A stretch of DNA of 64,000 bases from a candidate division WOR-3 bacterium (lineage in GTDB: Bacteria > Hydrothermota > Tepidihabitantia > Tepidihabitantales > Tepidihabitantaceae): positions 32,001 through 96,000 of the forward strand of contig CBFGJX010000002.1 of the NCBI GenBank assembly GCA_965649225.1, in the 5' to 3' direction. Positions 27,102 to 36,146 of the stretch are shown piece after piece. Below the pieces are notes generated by a model, which made no database searches, was not told where the DNA came from, and saw nothing but the letters and a program-made list of their open reading frames with translations. Every line of letters begins with the position of its first letter. Position 1 is the first letter of the stretch. The position numbers and the translations under genes are program-made.

Positions 27102-27644
27102 TCAGCTCTTGCCGAGCTGACGTTTGCCTTCGGCAAAGCCCTGTTCGAATGCCTCGATGTTCTTTTTCAGCAGCCGGTCTGGAACCGTTCCGGGCAGCGC
27201 GTCAAGCAGCGCCTGTTTGCTGACGACCTCTGTAATCGCGACGATGAAACCGAGCATAACAAGATTGGCATAGAGCCGGTTGCCCAGTTTTTCGGCCATC
27301 CGTGTCGCCGGTATTGCGAACTGGCGGATAGCGGCGCGAGGTTCGTGGGGCCGGACCAGGTCGCTTTCAATCAGCAGAATGCCGTCTTCCTTCAGTTCCG
27401 GCTCGAACTTGTCGTAGGCTTCTTGTGACATCGCAATCAGGATATCTGGTTTGACCAGATAGGGGTACAATATCGTGTCTTCCCGGACAACCAGTTGCGC
27501 CGCGCATGCACCCCCGCGGGCTTCCGGCCCAAAGCTCTGGGTCAGGGTGGCATTCTTGTTGCCGTAAAGCGCCGCCGCCTTGCCCAGAATCATCCCGATG
27601 CGGATGATGCCCTGACCGCCGAAACCGGCCACCTTGATATCCAT
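27102..27644 (-). CDS. 2-oxoacid:ferredoxin oxidoreductase gamma subunit
   Basis: AGFGGQG, SFGPEARGG, NLVMLG, KNIEAF. Confidence 0.92.
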   Translation of the reverse strand: MDIKVAGFGGQGIIRIGMILGKAAALYGNKNATLTQSFGPEARGGACAAQLVVREDTILYPYLVKPDILIAMSQEAYDKFEPELKEDGILLIESDLVRPHEPRAAIRQFAIPATRMAEKLGNRLYANLVMLGFIVAITEVVSKQALLDALPGTVPDRLLKKNIEAFEQGFAEGKRQLGKS

Positions 27645-28549
27645 CAGTCGCTCCCGGATGAAGGCGTCATGGGACCACTGTAGGGAACGTAGCGTTTGCC
27701 CAGTACCCGGCCGAGGTGTTCGTTCATCATATCCAGCCAGGTTGGGACCTGACGGTGGACAAACTTGCCGACGATGATGTCCTGCTGGTAGCGAATATCG
27801 CATTCCCGTGTATCGGCAAAGTTGCGGGTTATGGAGTGGTCGTGGTAGAATTTCATCAGGTCGAGGCCCGAGCCAAGCCGGTTTCGCCGGCCGTACACGG
27901 TCGGACAGGGTGAAATCACCTCGATAAAAGAGAATCCGCGGTGCGCCAGCGCTTCCTTGATGGAGACGGTCAACTGCCGGACGTGCAGAGCCGTCCAGCG
28001 TGCAACATAGGTGGCACCACAGGACTCGACCAGGAAAGGCAGGTTGAACGTCCGTTCGAAATTGCCGTAGGGGGCGGTGGTGGTTGTTGCCGTCTCCGGC
28101 GTGGTCGGGCCGGACTGGCCGCCGGTCATTGCATAGTTGAAGTTGTTGACGCAGATGACCGTCATGTCGATATTGCGGCGGGCAGCGTGAATCAGGTGAT
28201 TGCCGCCGATTGCCACGATGTCGCCGTCGCCCGAGATTACCACCACCTTCAGGCGCGGGTTGCCCAGCTTCAACCCGGTAGCGTAGGGCAACGCCCGGCC
28301 GTGGGTCGTGTGAAATGAATCAAACTTGAGGTAGCCGGCAGCGCGACCAGTGCAGCCGATTCCGGATACAACCGCGATATCGGAACGGGGGATTGATCCC
28401 TCTTTGACTGCAGCGATGAAAGCAGTCAGACAGGTGCCGAGTCCACAGGTCGAACACCAGATATGGGGCATGCGGTCCATCCGGAGGTAATCTTCCATCG
28501 GATGGTGCTCGGGAGTGCCGCGCTCAATCAGGAGTTGTTCAGGATTCAC
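27644..28549 (-). CDS. 2-oxoacid:ferredoxin oxidoreductase beta subunit (TPP-binding)
   Basis: WCSTCG, SGIGC, HTTHGR, GDGD...GGNH, NN..Y.MTGGQ..PT. Confidence 0.93.
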   Translation of the reverse strand: MNPEQLLIERGTPEHHPMEDYLRMDRMPHIWCSTCGLGTCLTAFIAAVKEGSIPRSDIAVVSGIGCTGRAAGYLKFDSFHTTHGRALPYATGLKLGNPRLKVVVISGDGDIVAIGGNHLIHAARRNIDMTVICVNNFNYAMTGGQSGPTTPETATTTTAPYGNFERTFNLPFLVESCGATYVARWTALHVRQLTVSIKEALAHRGFSFIEVISPCPTVYGRRNRLGSGLDLMKFYHDHSITRNFADTRECDIRYQQDIIVGKFVHRQVPTWLDMMNEHLGRVLGKRYVPYSGPMTPSSGSD

Positions 28550-29703
28550 CTGACACCACCTACTATTGCTTTGAGGATATCATCGGGGTCGTGCACCCAG
28601 CCACCGCAGTGCGGGACAAGAATCGTTTTGCAGCGTCCCGACGCGGCACGCTGAACCTCGCGATAAATCTGCCCCAGATTCAGCTCGGGAACGACCAGAG
28701 CTTTGACCCGCTCGGCCAGCCGGGCGATATGCTTCTCCGGAAACGGCCAGACGGTTATCAGCCGCAGCATGCCGACCTTGATGCCCAGCCGGCGGGCATC
28801 ATCAATCGCCTTTGTTGCGACACGGGACGAAATCCCGTAGGCCACGACAACGACCTCGGCATCGTCGGTCTGGTCTTCCTTGACGATGATGATGTCGTCG
28901 GCGTTTCGTCTGATTTTTTCCGCAAGCCGTGACACGCAGAGCTGCTGACATTCGGCATTGATCACCGGATAGCCGCGTTCGTCGTGGGTCAATCCGGTAA
29001 TGTGAAAACGATAATCGTCGCCTGCCCGTACCATCGGTGGTACCAGATCGGCATCAGGCTTGTAAGGGAGGTAGGACTCCTTCGGCCCGGTATACCAGCG
29101 CCGCGGCCAGACCTCGATGCTCTCCGCTTTGGGGATAACCACCCGCTCGGTCATGTGACCGACGCATTCGTCCATCATGAAGAGTACCGGCAGACGGTAA
29201 CGTTCCGAGAGGTTGAAACAGGTAATCGCCAGGTCAAAGCACTCCTGCGGCGATGCAGGGGAGATGGCGATGATTTCGTAATCGCCGTGGCTGCCCCAGC
29301 GGGCCTGCATCATGTCCTGCTGGCCGGTCAAGGTAGGCAGACCGGTCGACGGACCGCCACGTTGAACATTGACGATTACGCAGGGAGTCTCGGTCATGAT
29401 GCCCAGACCGAGATTCTCCATCATCAGTGAAAAGCCGGGGCCGGAAGTGATGGTAATTGCCTTTGCGCCCGCCCAGGAAGCCCCGAGCACTGCGGCGATT
29501 GAGGCCAGCTCGTCCTCCATCTGAATGAAGGTTCCGCCGATCTGGGGAAAGCGTTCCGCCAGCCGTTCTGCTACTTCGGTCGACGGAGTGATCGGGTAGC
29601 CGGCACAGAACCGACAGCCGGCGGCAATGGCGCCTTCGGCGCAGGCATGGTCGCCGTCGAGATAATGCGCACCGGTGAGTACCACGCTGCTGTCGGACTT
29701 CAC
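28546..29703 (-). CDS. 2-oxoacid:ferredoxin oxidoreductase alpha subunit
   Basis: AGYPITPSTE, QMEDE, TSGPGFSLM, QRGGPSTGLPT; GTG start at 29703. Confidence 0.93.
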   Translation of the reverse strand: MKSDSSVVLTGAHYLDGDHACAEGAIAAGCRFCAGYPITPSTEVAERLAERFPQIGGTFIQMEDELASIAAVLGASWAGAKAITITSGPGFSLMMENLGLGIMTETPCVIVNVQRGGPSTGLPTLTGQQDMMQARWGSHGDYEIIAISPASPQECFDLAITCFNLSERYRLPVLFMMDECVGHMTERVVIPKAESIEVWPRRWYTGPKESYLPYKPDADLVPPMVRAGDDYRFHITGLTHDERGYPVINAECQQLCVSRLAEKIRRNADDIIIVKEDQTDDAEVVVVAYGISSRVATKAIDDARRLGIKVGMLRLITVWPFPEKHIARLAERVKALVVPELNLGQIYREVQRAASGRCKTILVPHCGGWVHDPDDILKAIVGGVR

Positions 29704-29978
29704 TGTTCTACCTCGCAGTTTTCCGGTTCCAGGGTGTTCCAGATAGCGAACTCCGGGCAAAGCGCCTCGCACAGTCGGCAATTGACGCAGGCTTCGGGGC
29801 GGACCACAACCGGCGGATGGTAACTTCGGCGATTGAACTCCGGCGACTGCTCGAGCACCTTGCGTGGGCAGTAGGCGACGCAAAAGCCGCAACCCTTGCA
29901 GCGCTCCCAGATTATGTGGACCTTGCCACGGGGTGGTTTCTTCTTTTCAGCATCCAGCGGGCGGCGCCAGTACTTCAT
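29700..29978 (-). CDS. 2[4Fe-4S] ferredoxin-type delta subunit
   Basis: CKGCGFCVAYCP and CVNCRLCEALCP. Confidence 0.93.
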   Translation of the reverse strand: MKYWRRPLDAEKKKPPRGKVHIIWERCKGCGFCVAYCPRKVLEQSPEFNRRSYHPPVVVRPEACVNCRLCEALCPEFAIWNTLEPENCEVEQ

Positions 29979-29990
29979 CGTCAGTCGGCG

Positions 29991-30018
29991 ATTATATGCC
30001 CGCCAATTCGTGCGTCAA
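29991..30018 (-). promoter_or_regulatory. sigma70-like promoter of oxidoreductase operon
   Basis: TTGACG-N16-TATAAT. Confidence 0.75.
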
Positions 30019-30038
30019 GTGTATTGACTGATGAGGAT

Positions 30039-30068
30039 TTGACACGTCCAATGCGCAGGTGCTATAAT
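30039..30068 (+). promoter_or_regulatory. sigma70-like promoter with extended -10
   Basis: TTGACA-N18-TATAAT with TGn extension; in-frame TTG 6 nt downstream. Confidence 0.65.
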
Positions 30069-30074
30069 CGGCCG

Positions 30075-30536
30075 TTGCCGGACCAGAAGACACCAATAGC
30101 CGAGGCAGCGTCGCGACTCGTCGACCTGCGCATCATTGAGGCGATAGCCTATTTGCCCGGGCTTTTCTTTCTGCCGTTGCTTGTCGCACCGCGCGAGAAG
30201 ACAGCCGGGTTTCATTCGGCCCAGAGTCTGGTGCTGTTTGCCGGGCTTTGCGCAATCGGCCTTGCTTCTGCGCTGGCGGATTTGGTCTTTGGGGGCATCC
30301 TCGGCCGCATGGTAATCGCCGGGGTCTTTTTTCGAGTGATCGCCTGGATGGTCAGATACCCGGTGGCAATTGCGGCGTCGCTGTACTATCTGGCCTCGGT
30401 AATTGCCGGCGCTGCCGGCGCGCTCGCCGGTAACTGCACGACGTTGCCGCTGGCCGGGAGGTATGTTCCCGCCGTTCAGCAGTGGCTGTGGCGGTCGGGG
30501 TCCGGAGTAACCGCAGATTCGTCGGGTAAGGAATAG
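30075..30536 (+). CDS. DUF4870/Tic20-like membrane protein (paralog 1)
   Basis: AIAYL, FHSAQSLVL, ALAG...LPLAG; three hydrophobic segments. Confidence 0.65.
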   Translation: MPDQKTPIAEAASRLVDLRIIEAIAYLPGLFFLPLLVAPREKTAGFHSAQSLVLFAGLCAIGLASALADLVFGGILGRMVIAGVFFRVIAWMVRYPVAIAASLYYLASVIAGAAGALAGNCTTLPLAGRYVPAVQQWLWRSGSGVTADSSGKE

Positions 30537-30555
30537 CGAACTATAAGGAGGAATC

Positions 30556-30942
30556 GTGAGTGGCGAAGAAACCAACCGTCCAGAGCCCGCAAACGTGACA
30601 ACCCCGCAGCCCGCTGCCGGGTCGCAGGACGACGTCGAGAAAGCCAAGAGCACTGCTTGGCTTGCCTATGTCGGGATTCTGTGGCTGATTCCACTGTTGA
30701 CAATGAAAGACAACACCTTTGCCAAGTTCCACGTCAAACAGGGCATCGTGCTGTCAATCTACGGCGTCGCGATCGGAATCCTGGGAGGGGCGATTCCCTT
30801 CCTCGGATGGTTTATCATCGCACCGTTGGGCTCCATTCTTCTGCTGGTTCTGGCAATAATTGGTATAGTGAATGCGGCCGGCGGCAAGTGGTGGAAGTGC
30901 CCACTCTGGGTCAGCACACTGGCAGAGAAGTTCACTTTCTAA
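30556..30942 (+). CDS. DUF4870/Tic20-like membrane protein (paralog 2)
   Basis: LAYVGILWLIPL, FAKFHVKQG, IIGIVNAAGG; SD AAGGAGG. Confidence 0.85.
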   Translation: MSGEETNRPEPANVTTPQPAAGSQDDVEKAKSTAWLAYVGILWLIPLLTMKDNTFAKFHVKQGIVLSIYGVAIGILGGAIPFLGWFIIAPLGSILLLVLAIIGIVNAAGGKWWKCPLWVSTLAEKFTF

Positions 30943-30981
30943 ACGGGTGTTGTTCTGATAATATAGATTATGTAAACTAGA

Positions 30982-31002
30982 CCGGGCTCGCGATTAGCCC
31001 GG
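30982..31002. terminator. Hairpin between convergent genes
   Basis: CCGGGCT-cgcgatt-AGCCCGG. Confidence 0.4.
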
Positions 31003-31020
31003 CGACAATGCTGTGCCTGG

Positions 31021-32046
31021 CTATTTGAGTGACTGGTACGCGGCCAACAGCCTCTGCCCCGCATGACGCCAGAGGTAGTTGGAAAGAACGTGCTCGGACA
31101 AGCGGCGTGAAGCGGCTCGCCGCAGTGCTGCCCGCAGGGCGTTGCGGATTGACGCTACATCCGATGGCTCAAAATAGTCGGCCATGTCGCCGAAGTACTC
31201 GGTTGTGCCGCCGTAACGGGTGATACAGATTCGCGCGCCGGCAGCGGCGGCTTCAAGGGCTGCCAAGCCGGGTGTCTCGTAGTAGGAGGGCAGACAGAAA
31301 ACCGCACAGGCGGCGTAGGCCGATGCCAGCAGTCCAGAACTGGGCGGCAGCGCTGGAATGTGGATTATCCGGTCGGAGGCGGCCATGGCTTCCCGGCAGC
31401 TGCGCCCGTAGGGGGTGTCGATCAGTCGACCGATAAAGACCGCCGGCCGGTCAATCCCGGCCAGTGCCTGAATCAGCCTGAAAACGTTCTTCCTTTCCCA
31501 GCCGATGTGGCCGGCGTAGAGGATGAAGTCACGGACGCCGTACTCCCGAACAAAGAGATCGGGTGTGGCCGACGCGAAGTGTTCATCCGTGCCGTTGGGC
31601 AGCAGCAGCATCCGGGCGCGGTCGATTCCGAAGGCCTGATTAATCATCGTCATCTCGGCATTTGTGTTAGGTAGAACTAGCTGGGCCATGTCGCACAATT
31701 CCTTGCAGAACATGTGCTCGGTCCACACTCCGCCGGCCCGACGCAATCGCCGGGCCAAGGCCAACCGGCGAGCAACTCCGGCCGCGCTGCGGCGGCTGTA
31801 AAACACGGGCGAAACGACCAGCCTTCTGCCCAGGGTCGAAATTGCCCGGCCAAGATGATAAGTTCCGACGTTGGCACCGAAAATGTGAAACAGGTCAACC
31901 TCGGTGTCAGAGTACCGCCGCCAGGGGTCGAACAGTTCCGCATCCACGCCCAGTGCGTTGAGTTCCCTTTGCAGTGACCGGACCTGAACCTCTACCCCGC
32001 CCCCCAGAAGCGAGACCGCTGAAAATGTACCGAGAACGACTTTCAC
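31021..32046 (-). CDS. GT4 family glycosyltransferase
   Basis: GGVE, PNG, RKN, PSYYETPGLAALEA (EX7E). Confidence 0.88.
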   Translation of the reverse strand: MKVVLGTFSAVSLLGGGVEVQVRSLQRELNALGVDAELFDPWRRYSDTEVDLFHIFGANVGTYHLGRAISTLGRRLVVSPVFYSRRSAAGVARRLALARRLRRAGGVWTEHMFCKELCDMAQLVLPNTNAEMTMINQAFGIDRARMLLLPNGTDEHFASATPDLFVREYGVRDFILYAGHIGWERKNVFRLIQALAGIDRPAVFIGRLIDTPYGRSCREAMAASDRIIHIPALPPSSGLLASAYAACAVFCLPSYYETPGLAALEAAAAGARICITRYGGTTEYFGDMADYFEPSDVASIRNALRAALRRAASRRLSEHVLSNYLWRHAGQRLLAAYQSLK

Positions 32047-32053
32047 AAGACGA

Positions 32054-33628
32054 TTATCGGCCGGAACGCCTCTTTTGCAAGCAACGCTGTACGTCTAGAC
32101 GTATCTCACGGCCGAGCTGAATCAACGTTGCCCGACGTAGTGCCGGGTCGGACCTCGGTCCAGGAGCAATTTTCGGCTGCGGCTGCCAGTCCAGTTCAGC
32201 CAACCGAAAACTGTGAACAACGTTGTCAATCCACGCTTCCCTCCCGTCGAACTCCGCAATCAATCCTGGCAGCGGTTCATTGCCGCTGTTGTCAATCAAC
32301 ACTGAATCGGCGGCGACCTCGAACCTGGTGCAGTACACCTCCCGCCTGCGCCACCAGCGGGCGTATTCGACAAATGTCCAAAACCTGCCGGCGGTGGCAC
32401 GGGCCAGTTCCAGCAAGCGCCTGAAAACCGATTCCTGACCGGCGCCCTCTGGCGGATGGTCGTAAAGAAGACAGGGCTCGCGCCGGGCCAACCGGTGTTC
32501 GATGAGTCGGCGATAGTAGCCAATGAGCGTTGACTCGTCGGCTCTGGACCGGCGCAGGGTACCAGTGCAGACCGGATGAATCGGCAGCTGCAGTGGTTGC
32601 TGCAAAGTTCCTACGACGGGATGAAACGGCAAACCGTCGTAGCTGCAGGCGAACTCTGACGAGTACTCAAACTTGGCATCCGCGACCGCTGTTTGCAGTT
32701 TCGCTGACCACTCGCCGAATGGGGCAGCATATCCCGGTGGACGGGCGCCGAGGCGGCTCAAATGGGCAACGCCAGCGTTGAGGTCACCTCGTATTGCCTC
32801 AGCGCCACGCGGAAGCCGGTGGCGGTGACAATGAAGCGAGACTTCGTGGCCGGCCCGCGTGAGCCGCTGCAGTGTCGCGCTGTCCAGCGGTGCAGCCGCA
32901 GTGTGAACAAAAAAGCTCAGTTTGACGCCCAGTGCGTCAGCAATTTCTGTTGCCGTCAGAATTGAATCGAGGCCGGCCACGTCGGTGTCGATTCGCATTC
33001 CAAACAACGCCCGTGTGCCGGCCGGGAACGGCGACAGCCTTACATAAGGAAGGCCGAGTCTTGCCAGTACCACCCGCAGGCAGTTGGCAAGCAGCCGCTT
33101 GAGCTCAGCCTTGGCAACCGCTGACACCCGTTCGAATGCCGGACGTCCGCCGGAAACACTGAAGCGACGATTGGCGCTCCGGGTATCACCGAGCAAAGTT
33201 GAAGGTTCGAAGCACAGTACGACGATTGGAGCAGAACCAATCGAACCACTGTAAACTGCGCGGGCACCGGCGTTCGTCAGCCCGTGATTGGCGCTGCGCG
33301 GCAGTTCGAGAACGCAATCGGTATCGATTATCCCGGTTCCCGTGAAAAGGGCTGAATCGTCAGGACAGATGTAGCGGACACGAACACGGACGGTCTGATT
33401 CGAACCAAGCAGCAGAGAGGCACAGCGCGAGCCCGCCAGCACACCCCCGCCGGCCTTGATGTGAGCGTCAAGCAGCCGCAGCTCGTCGTCATTCGGCGGC
33501 CGGTCAAGAATCAGCACGCCTTTGCTGGGCCAGGTGGGCATGTTGCCGACCAGCCGATAGGGCAGTCCCTCGCTCTGTAGAAAAGAAAGCCAGTGTGCTT
33601 CTCCCGAAAGCAGCCAAATCACCTGCAA
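32054..33628 (-). CDS. CE4/NodB polysaccharide deacetylase-like protein with N-terminal GATase-like domain
   Basis: GGGVL; RIDTD, GHEVSLHCHRH, AAPFG, YSS, LYDHP. Confidence 0.7.
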   Translation of the reverse strand: MQVIWLLSGEAHWLSFLQSEGLPYRLVGNMPTWPSKGVLILDRPPNDDELRLLDAHIKAGGGVLAGSRCASLLLGSNQTVRVRVRYICPDDSALFTGTGIIDTDCVLELPRSANHGLTNAGARAVYSGSIGSAPIVVLCFEPSTLLGDTRSANRRFSVSGGRPAFERVSAVAKAELKRLLANCLRVVLARLGLPYVRLSPFPAGTRALFGMRIDTDVAGLDSILTATEIADALGVKLSFFVHTAAAPLDSATLQRLTRAGHEVSLHCHRHRLPRGAEAIRGDLNAGVAHLSRLGARPPGYAAPFGEWSAKLQTAVADAKFEYSSEFACSYDGLPFHPVVGTLQQPLQLPIHPVCTGTLRRSRADESTLIGYYRRLIEHRLARREPCLLYDHPPEGAGQESVFRRLLELARATAGRFWTFVEYARWWRRREVYCTRFEVAADSVLIDNSGNEPLPGLIAEFDGREAWIDNVVHSFRLAELDWQPQPKIAPGPRSDPALRRATLIQLGREIRLDVQRCLQKRRSGR

Positions 33629-35022
33629 TCACCCATGTTGCGAACAAGGAGGTCCTGACGCCTCACCCCTCCGGTTAGGACAAGGACGGTGACGTAAACC
33701 AGCAGTCCAACTGATACCTGCAGAAAGCGCTGGTGCCTGAACAGCAGGACGACGGCTACCATCAGCAAGGCCGCAACGAACGGGGCCGCCAGCCGGCGCT
33801 CAAATCGCACGGCGAAAGCACGCCAGCAGGACCTAATCATCAGGGCAACCATCAGCGCTTCGCCGGCAAGCAGCGCCAGCGCGGCCCCGACTACGCCGAA
33901 CACTGCTGCCAGCACGACGGCTGCTGTGACTGATGCGGCTGCGCCAATTACGACGTTCTGAAGAAAGACACGCTCGCGTCCGTCGGCCATCAAGGCATAG
34001 CCGTAGACACTGTTGACGACCGTTAGCGGCAGGAAAGCGCTGAGCAAGGCCAGACTCTGCGCTGAGGCGAGGTAGCGTGCTCCAAGTATCTGAGTCACGA
34101 CCCAGGGAGCCAGCGCAGTCAAAAGGACAGAAAACGGCAGTGTTACTGCAAGCGCCAGACGCGTTGCCAGGCTGATGATACTGACGACACGTTCACGGCT
34201 GGCCGAAACGGCTCGGGCAATTACCGGAAAGTATACCGAATAGAAGACGCGGTCGATCGCCAGCAAGACCAATGCAATCCGGGCAGCGCCGGAGTAGACG
34301 CCAGTCTCGTAGTCACCGCGCAGCAGTCCAAGCGCAACTGGACCGCAGTTCATATGCAATTGGGCAGCGAATCCCGCCAGACCGATCGGCCAACTGGCGG
34401 TTAATATCGGGCGCCAACCCCTCAGTGTCGGGTGCAGCGGCTTGGCCTGACGAAAGGTTGCGCTCAGCCACAGAATCAGGCTGCCGGCGAGCATTGCCAG
34501 GACCAGGGCGACAGGGACAACGAGAACATCTGCCGGGCCCCGGACAAATAACCAGCAACCCGCGAGGTAGCCGACAGCAGTGACTGTCCGGGCCAGTGCT
34601 ACGATCAGAGTCTGCTCGAGTCCCAAAAAGAACCATTCAAGGCTGAGTGTCTGAACAACCACAGCCAGTGCGTAGACCGCTACCAGCAGCCTGGCCGTCG
34701 GTGTTTTCGGCAGCAGCAACGCGGCAACAAGCGTGAGCAGCGCGGCGACCGCCCCGGCTGCCAGACGGGTACCGAAAACCGACCCGGCCGGTACGACTGG
34801 GTCAGAGCGATGCTGAGCCGTCAACCGCGTACCGGTAGTCACAAGGCCGAAATCACTCAACGCAACGCCGTAGGCCATGACTGCGGTTGCAAACCCCAGC
34901 TGACCAAATGTGTCGATTCCGAGCCGACGCGCCAGCAGGACCGTCGCGAAGAAATTCAGCAGCCGTGTGGCGGCCTCGCCTCCAATCAGGTTCAGCGCAT
35001 TGCGCAGTTGGGGTCTCAGCAC
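33619..35022 (-). CDS. Wzx-type oligosaccharide flippase
   Basis: LARRLG...FG, SDFGL, EWFFLG.E, GVYSGA.R; many TM segments. Confidence 0.88.
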   Translation of the reverse strand: MLRPQLRNALNLIGGEAATRLLNFFATVLLARRLGIDTFGQLGFATAVMAYGVALSDFGLVTTGTRLTAQHRSDPVVPAGSVFGTRLAAGAVAALLTLVAALLLPKTPTARLLVAVYALAVVVQTLSLEWFFLGLEQTLIVALARTVTAVGYLAGCWLFVRGPADVLVVPVALVLAMLAGSLILWLSATFRQAKPLHPTLRGWRPILTASWPIGLAGFAAQLHMNCGPVALGLLRGDYETGVYSGAARIALVLLAIDRVFYSVYFPVIARAVSASRERVVSIISLATRLALAVTLPFSVLLTALAPWVVTQILGARYLASAQSLALLSAFLPLTVVNSVYGYALMADGRERVFLQNVVIGAAASVTAAVVLAAVFGVVGAALALLAGEALMVALMIRSCWRAFAVRFERRLAAPFVAALLMVAVVLLFRHQRFLQVSVGLLVYVTVLVLTGGVRRQDLLVRNMGDCR

Positions 35023-36146
35023 GATAGCCGTGAGTAAATTGCCAGGAGGCGGCCTTCAGCCACAGACCAATTGTATTTCTGGCGAACCGCTGCCTGCCCG
35101 CGGCGCCCCATCTCTGTGGCAACCTGCCGGTTCTTCAACAGTTCCCTGATCGCATCGGCAACGGCAGCAGGGTCCTGTTCGCCAACTACCAGACCGCACT
35201 TCTCCTCCTGCACGATTGGTGCGATTTCGGGCAGGTCACTGGCAATGACCGCCAGTCCGCTGGCCATGAACTCAAACAGCTTGTTCGGTTGCCCAGTGCG
35301 GTCGTTTTCGCGGACCGGACTCAAAAGCACGAAACCGGCGATGCAGTTGCTCAACTCTTGAAACATTGCGCGGTAATCGCACGTGCCGAGAAAAACAACC
35401 GACTCGACAAGCCCGAGAGTTACAAGCAGGTGGTTGACTTCGGCTGCAATGTTATCAACTGGGTCGTAGGCGCCGATGACTTTGAGGCGAAACTCCGAAA
35501 ACTCCCGCCTTACGATTGCCGCGGCTTCGAGAATCTTGAGGAACCCACGGTGTCGCGTTATCGGTCCGGTGTAGACAAAACTTGACCTGATTGCGACGGG
35601 TTCTGCAACCGGCAGGTCCAGCGGGGGGAAATTCCCGACAATTTCAACTGGCCGGCGACACACGCGGAACCGACGGGCGCGGGTGTGGTTGGTTTCAATT
35701 ATCGCATCGGCAACCCGGCCGGCCAGGTGCTCGAGTGCCGTCACGAGTCCGGCAGTTATCCACGCCACAAAGCGGTTCAGGTCCTGGCGGTCACGGTAGT
35801 AAACCGGAAAATTTTCCACTGACTCGTAAATCAATCTGGTGCAGCCCCCGCTGAACCTGAGTAACAACCCCGCGATCAGTGCCCACGGATCGCAACAATG
35901 GCAGACATCGAACGACCCCCGTCTGACAATGCCGACAATCTCACCGATGGCTGCGAATTTACCCAGAAAGCGCCGCTGTCGGCGGAGTTGTTGCAGCCGC
36001 ACTCCGGGCGGAGCCTGAACCATCGCTCCGGCAGGCAATCCCAGCAGTAGGACCTCGTGACCTGCCCGGGCAAGCGAAGCTGCCTCACGATGGAGGAAAC
36101 GGCTGTAATCGACGGATTGTGAGGTAGTTGCGAGGCAGATTTTCAT
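35016..36146 (-). CDS. GT4 family glycosyltransferase
   Basis: R..H.EA.SLA.AGHEV, YTG.I...RG, PNKLFEFMASG. Confidence 0.88.
   Translation of the reverse strand: MKICLATTSQSVDYSRFLHREAASLARAGHEVLLLGLPAGAMVQAPPGVRLQQLRRQRRFLGKFAAIGEIVGIVRRGSFDVCHCCDPWALIAGLLLRFSGGCTRLIYESVENFPVYYRDRQDLNRFVAWITAGLVTALEHLAGRVADAIIETNHTRARRFRVCRRPVEIVGNFPPLDLPVAEPVAIRSSFVYTGPITRHRGFLKILEAAAIVRREFSEFRLKVIGAYDPVDNIAAEVNHLLVTLGLVESVVFLGTCDYRAMFQELSNCIAGFVLLSPVRENDRTGQPNKLFEFMASGLAVIASDLPEIAPIVQEEKCGLVVGEQDPAAVADAIRELLKNRQVATEMGRRGQAAVRQKYNWSVAEGRLLAIYSRLSC

Noticed and set aside
30958..30971. ATAAT-N4-ATTAT Fur-like palindrome
   Set aside because: Short, lies between convergent 3' ends, spacing does not match a Fur box
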